From the IMG/VR virus record IMGVR_UViG_3300017784_006649, positions 1 to 27,589 of that record: a stretch of DNA of 27,589 nt; one strand, 5' to 3'. The position numbers and the translations under genes were made by a program. A model generated the notes under the pieces. That model saw nothing but the letters and a program-made list of their open reading frames with translations. It had not been told where the DNA came from and did not search any database. Shown piece after piece: positions 25,419 through 27,589 of the stretch. The DNA comes from a virus (lineage: Duplodnaviria > Caudoviricetes). The stretch's first letter is position 1. Every line of letters starts with the position of its first letter.

Positions 25419-25446
25419 AAAAAAACACCTCGATGAAGAGATGTTT
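25419..25446 (-). terminator. Rho-independent terminator
   Basis: Minus-strand RNA AAACAUCUC-UUCAUC-GAGGUGUUU forms a 9-bp stem with one G-U pair and ends in a U7 run, just after the stop of the 48-aa ORF. The G-U pair would be a C-A mismatch on the plus strand, which fixes the orientation. Confidence 0.75.
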
Positions 25447-25452
25447 CGATAA

Positions 25453-25599
25453 TTAAGTTCCTTGACCTCTATACTTCTTTCTTGCTGAATTTCGAGAGGT
25501 TGATGCATACTTAGTGTTTGCACCAGCCCCCTGGCGAGTGGCTTTAGGTTTAGTAGGAATGTATCCTGATTCTCTCATTGCAGTTTTTTGTTTTGCCAT
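25453..25599 (-). CDS. Highly basic 48-aa peptide (not in the ORF track)
   Basis: MAKQKTAMRESGYIPTKPKATRQGAGANTKYASTSRNSARKKYRGQGT*. SD GAGGT at 25607-25611. It starts 10 nt after the glycosyltransferase stop and is followed by a terminator. Confidence 0.8.
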   Translation of the reverse strand: MAKQKTAMRESGYIPTKPKATRQGAGANTKYASTSRNSARKKYRGQGT

Positions 25600-25609
25600 A
25601 GTTTATACC

Positions 25610-26356
25610 TCAAATTACACGCATTTTTTCATGACCCACACGAATCAGTGGGTTACACCAAATTTCATAATTCAGTTTCTTTGCATCAAGACAGAATGAA
25701 ACATCCTCCCCACACATATCCTGAACCTTTCCAGATTCAAAGACTTGCATTTGTGGTGCAAACCAAGGATACTCTAAAGATTCAAAAACACCATTCTTAA
25801 TTAGTACCCAACCAAATCCAGTATAATCAACTGTAAATGGCTTCTTACGACGAGCCATCGTTTCTACAGTCTCATGATTCATAACTCCACCATTCTTGGC
25901 AAAGTCTTCTTCCTCTAACCAATGTGCTACAGAAGTAGTATGTCCATCCTCAGTGGCATACCAACCAGAAGCAATGTCCTTGTCCATTGCTACCAGGCGA
26001 TAAAACCCTTCAGTATTGAATACAATATCACTATCAATCCAAAGTTGATAATCGTAATTAAGTTTTCCATCCCAAGGAACTTGTTTTGGACCACGAAGAA
26101 CATTTGCTCCAAGTACTTTACAACGAGCAAAGTTCACCATTGAACTATAATCCTGAGAGATCTGAATCGAACAACCGTTCTGAACCAGATCAAAACACAT
26201 CTGAACAAAGTTTTTTAAAAAGGTGTATGAACAACCTCTACCAGGAAGACAAAAGACTACACTTTTGCCCTTACACATTTCTTTTGCTTTTTCTAAGTCA
26301 AATTCATCTTGACTCACTTCGGGAGTACTTGCAAGTACCTTAAATCCTTTTGCCAT
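25610..26356 (-). CDS. Putative glycosyltransferase, GT-A fold (GT2-like)
   Basis: DxD motif in 'YQLWIDSDIVF', plus 'VNFARCK', 'VDYTGFGWVLIK', 'GEDVSFC' and C-terminal 'RVGHEK'. SD GAGGA upstream of the ATG. Confidence 0.8.
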   Translation of the reverse strand: MAKGFKVLASTPEVSQDEFDLEKAKEMCKGKSVVFCLPGRGCSYTFLKNFVQMCFDLVQNGCSIQISQDYSSMVNFARCKVLGANVLRGPKQVPWDGKLNYDYQLWIDSDIVFNTEGFYRLVAMDKDIASGWYATEDGHTTSVAHWLEEEDFAKNGGVMNHETVETMARRKKPFTVDYTGFGWVLIKNGVFESLEYPWFAPQMQVFESGKVQDMCGEDVSFCLDAKKLNYEIWCNPLIRVGHEKMRVI

Positions 26357-26380
26357 AAATCCTCAATGGGGGATAAAACT

Positions 26381-26409
26381 ATCATAACACAGGTATTTAG
26401 AGATGTCAA
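26381..26409 (-). promoter_or_regulatory. Sigma70-type (early) promoter with an embedded late-type box
   Basis: TTGACA (26409-26404), a 17-nt spacer, TATGAT (26386-26381), with an extended -10 TG. The spacer contains TCTAAATA (26401-26394). Confidence 0.8.
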
Positions 26410-26414
26410 GAAGA

Positions 26415-26422
26415 CATAAATA
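26415..26422 (+). promoter_or_regulatory. T4-type late promoter (CATAAATA) for the plus-strand cluster
   Basis: One mismatch to TATAAATA, 24 nt upstream of ATG 26447. This spacing matches the exact boxes at 1163 and 24521. Confidence 0.7.
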
Positions 26423-26446
26423 ATCAATAACAATCTAATTAGTCTC

Positions 26447-26803
26447 ATGCAATCTCAGGATTTTAAAAGTTTGGCTGATGCATATAGTGAAATGTATGCA
26501 CAAAAAGAAGATGTTCTTTCCGAAGAAGTGCAACTCAATGAAGAAGAGATGTTATATGATACCATTCTGTGTCATCTTCTAGACGAAGGATTCGCTGGTA
26601 CTGTAGAAGATGCTGAAAAGATTATGAGTGGTATGACTGAAGGTTGGGTTCAGAGCATTCTTGAACAATCAGAAACCCCCCAAAAATATGGATCTTATGA
26701 TAAAAGAGATCGTGGTGGTTCCAAAGAAGATCATAAAAAAGCCTTAGATTTGCAGAATTTAATACGTTCAGTTCAAGGTAGTTCAGTTAAAAAATCTGTT
26801 TGA
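26447..26803 (+). CDS. Hypothetical protein (118 aa), acidic N-terminal part and basic C-terminal part; possible internal head protein
   Basis: ATG-started ORF behind a late box. It contains the LSE, LNE, LDE and ILE tripeptides and the segment 'LLDEGFAGTVEDAEKIMSGMTEGWVQSILE'. Confidence 0.8.
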   Translation: MQSQDFKSLADAYSEMYAQKEDVLSEEVQLNEEEMLYDTILCHLLDEGFAGTVEDAEKIMSGMTEGWVQSILEQSETPQKYGSYDKRDRGGSKEDHKKALDLQNLIRSVQGSSVKKSV

Positions 26804-26851
26804 ATCCACTTTCCAAGCTGCTTCACATCTTCAAGGAGTTTAATAAGGTAT

Positions 26852-27202
26852 ATGAAATCATTCAATGATTTTATCTCAGAAGCAACATTTGCTGTAGTTG
26901 GTAAAGCTAGTTCTTATGGTCCTGGATTGTATGGAAATAGAACTGCCAGTGGTGAAGTTCTAAAACCATCAACTCCAGGAATTGCTCATAAAACTTTACC
27001 TCTTGGTAGTCAAGTGAGATTGACAGATCCAAAAACTAGAAGAAGTGTTGTTACAAGAGTAATTGATCGTGGTCCATATGTGGACGATAGAGCGGCGGAT
27101 CTTACAACACAAACCACAAGAGATATGGGCTTTAAGGATTATAAAGAATTTGGAGTCAGAGATATCGATGTAACTCCAGTAAAACGTAAATCACGTAGAT
27201 AA
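26852..27202 (+). CDS. rlpA: RlpA-like lytic transglycosylase (double-psi beta-barrel) with an N-terminal capsid-targeting-like sequence
   Basis: 'GKASSYGPGLYGNRTASGE...IAHKTLPLGSQVRLT...VVTRVIDRGPY...RAADLT' matches the RlpA pattern G-x-AS-x-YG...TA-x-GE...AH-x-TLP-x-G...V-x-DRGP...DL. No lipobox or SPOR domain. Confidence 0.88.
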   Translation: MKSFNDFISEATFAVVGKASSYGPGLYGNRTASGEVLKPSTPGIAHKTLPLGSQVRLTDPKTRRSVVTRVIDRGPYVDDRAADLTTQTTRDMGFKDYKEFGVRDIDVTPVKRKSRR

Positions 27203-27204
27203 CA

Positions 27205-27589
27205 ATGAAAACATTTCAAGAGTTTATATCAGAGAAGTACTACGAACCCGATCAACCCTTACCATCAGGAAAGACTCCTTATGGTAAGGCTACTTCGTCT
27301 TATTATAGACAAAGAGGAGAAATTATAAGAAATCCAAGTGCAAGTAATACAGATCAAGTTTTTCGTACAAAACTTCAAGGAAGTAGAAGAGCAGATCAAG
27401 TTAGCCATGGTGCAGATAATCCAGAATTCAAATCAAAACCAGATCAAACTGGTAGATATGATATAGAGACTGAATCAGATTATAAAATGACAGTAAGAGA
27501 TAGAAAGAATGATACTCAAATGCGAGTAAGACAAAAGGATGCGATTGCTCCAGGTGGAAAACCAGTCTATGATGTTGAGTGGTATAATA
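27205..27589 (+). CDS. Hypothetical protein, partial (at least 128 aa), starting MKTFQEFISE (not in the ORF track)
   Basis: ATG lies 2 nt after the rlpA stop and the frame is open to the window end: MKTFQEFISEKYYEPDQPLPSGKTPYGKATSSYYRQRGEIIRNPSASNTDQVFRTKLQGSRRADQVSHGADNPEFKSKPDQTGRYDIETESDYKMTVRDRKNDTQMRVRQKDAIAPGGKPVYDVEWYN... Confidence 0.85.
   Translation, partial: MKTFQEFISEKYYEPDQPLPSGKTPYGKATSSYYRQRGEIIRNPSASNTDQVFRTKLQGSRRADQVSHGADNPEFKSKPDQTGRYDIETESDYKMTVRDRKNDTQMRVRQKDAIAPGGKPVYDVEWYN

Noticed and set aside
25514-26343. Plus-strand ORFs 25514-25699, 25588-25800, 25922-26143 and 26086-26343
   Set aside because: They are antisense to the glycosyltransferase and the 48-aa ORF, which have SD, promoter and terminator support.
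26804-26851. Intergenic 'ccactttccaagctgcttcac' as a regulatory repeat or terminator
   Set aside because: Single copy in this window with no convincing stem or U-tract, so it cannot be supported without the rest of the genome.
27349-27450. Short direct repeats cagatcaa(gtt) in three copies
   Set aside because: Only 8-11 nt, in frame within a coding region (x-D-Q). Not CRISPR-like and plausible by chance or protein constraint.
1-27589. tRNA, rRNA, CRISPR array or IS element; bacterial contractile injection system instead of phage
   Set aside because: Intergenic gaps are at most about 90 nt with no cloverleaf or repeat-spacer pattern, and no transposase is present. The gp7/gp8 genes, T4 late boxes and capsid-targeting-like tags point to a T4-like phage.

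Overview
AT-rich fragment (roughly 30% GC by eye) of a T4-like myovirus. Gene content and order best match cyanophage-type T4-like phages; the host cannot be read from this window. Bases 1-26356 form one minus-strand block, transcribed in this order: GT-A/GT2-like glycosyltransferase, 48-aa basic peptide, 219-aa hypothetical, 54-aa peptide, baseplate gp25, gp6, giant gp7 (3892 aa), gp8, a 2500-aa VrlC/DUF4815-like virion protein, three small ORFs and the N-terminus of a fibre-like protein. A divergent plus-strand block starts at 26447. T4 late-promoter boxes (TATAAATA and variants), one near-consensus sigma70-type promoter and one intrinsic terminator are visible. Four ORFs absent from the supplied track were found by hand translation (<1..437, 24534..24698, 25453..25599, 27205..>27589). 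Three observations stand out. (1) An RlpA-type lytic transglycosylase and its neighbour both begin with a T4-like capsid-targeting sequence, suggesting a head-packaged cargo cluster. (2) A compact RNA pseudoknot competes with a Shine-Dalgarno-sequestering hairpin at 24696-24750. (3) A short G-[IVLF]-[GSTAN]-[TS] motif recurs dozens of times across unrelated virion proteins encoded downstream of a glycosyltransferase. All family assignments come from motif recognition and synteny, not from database searches.
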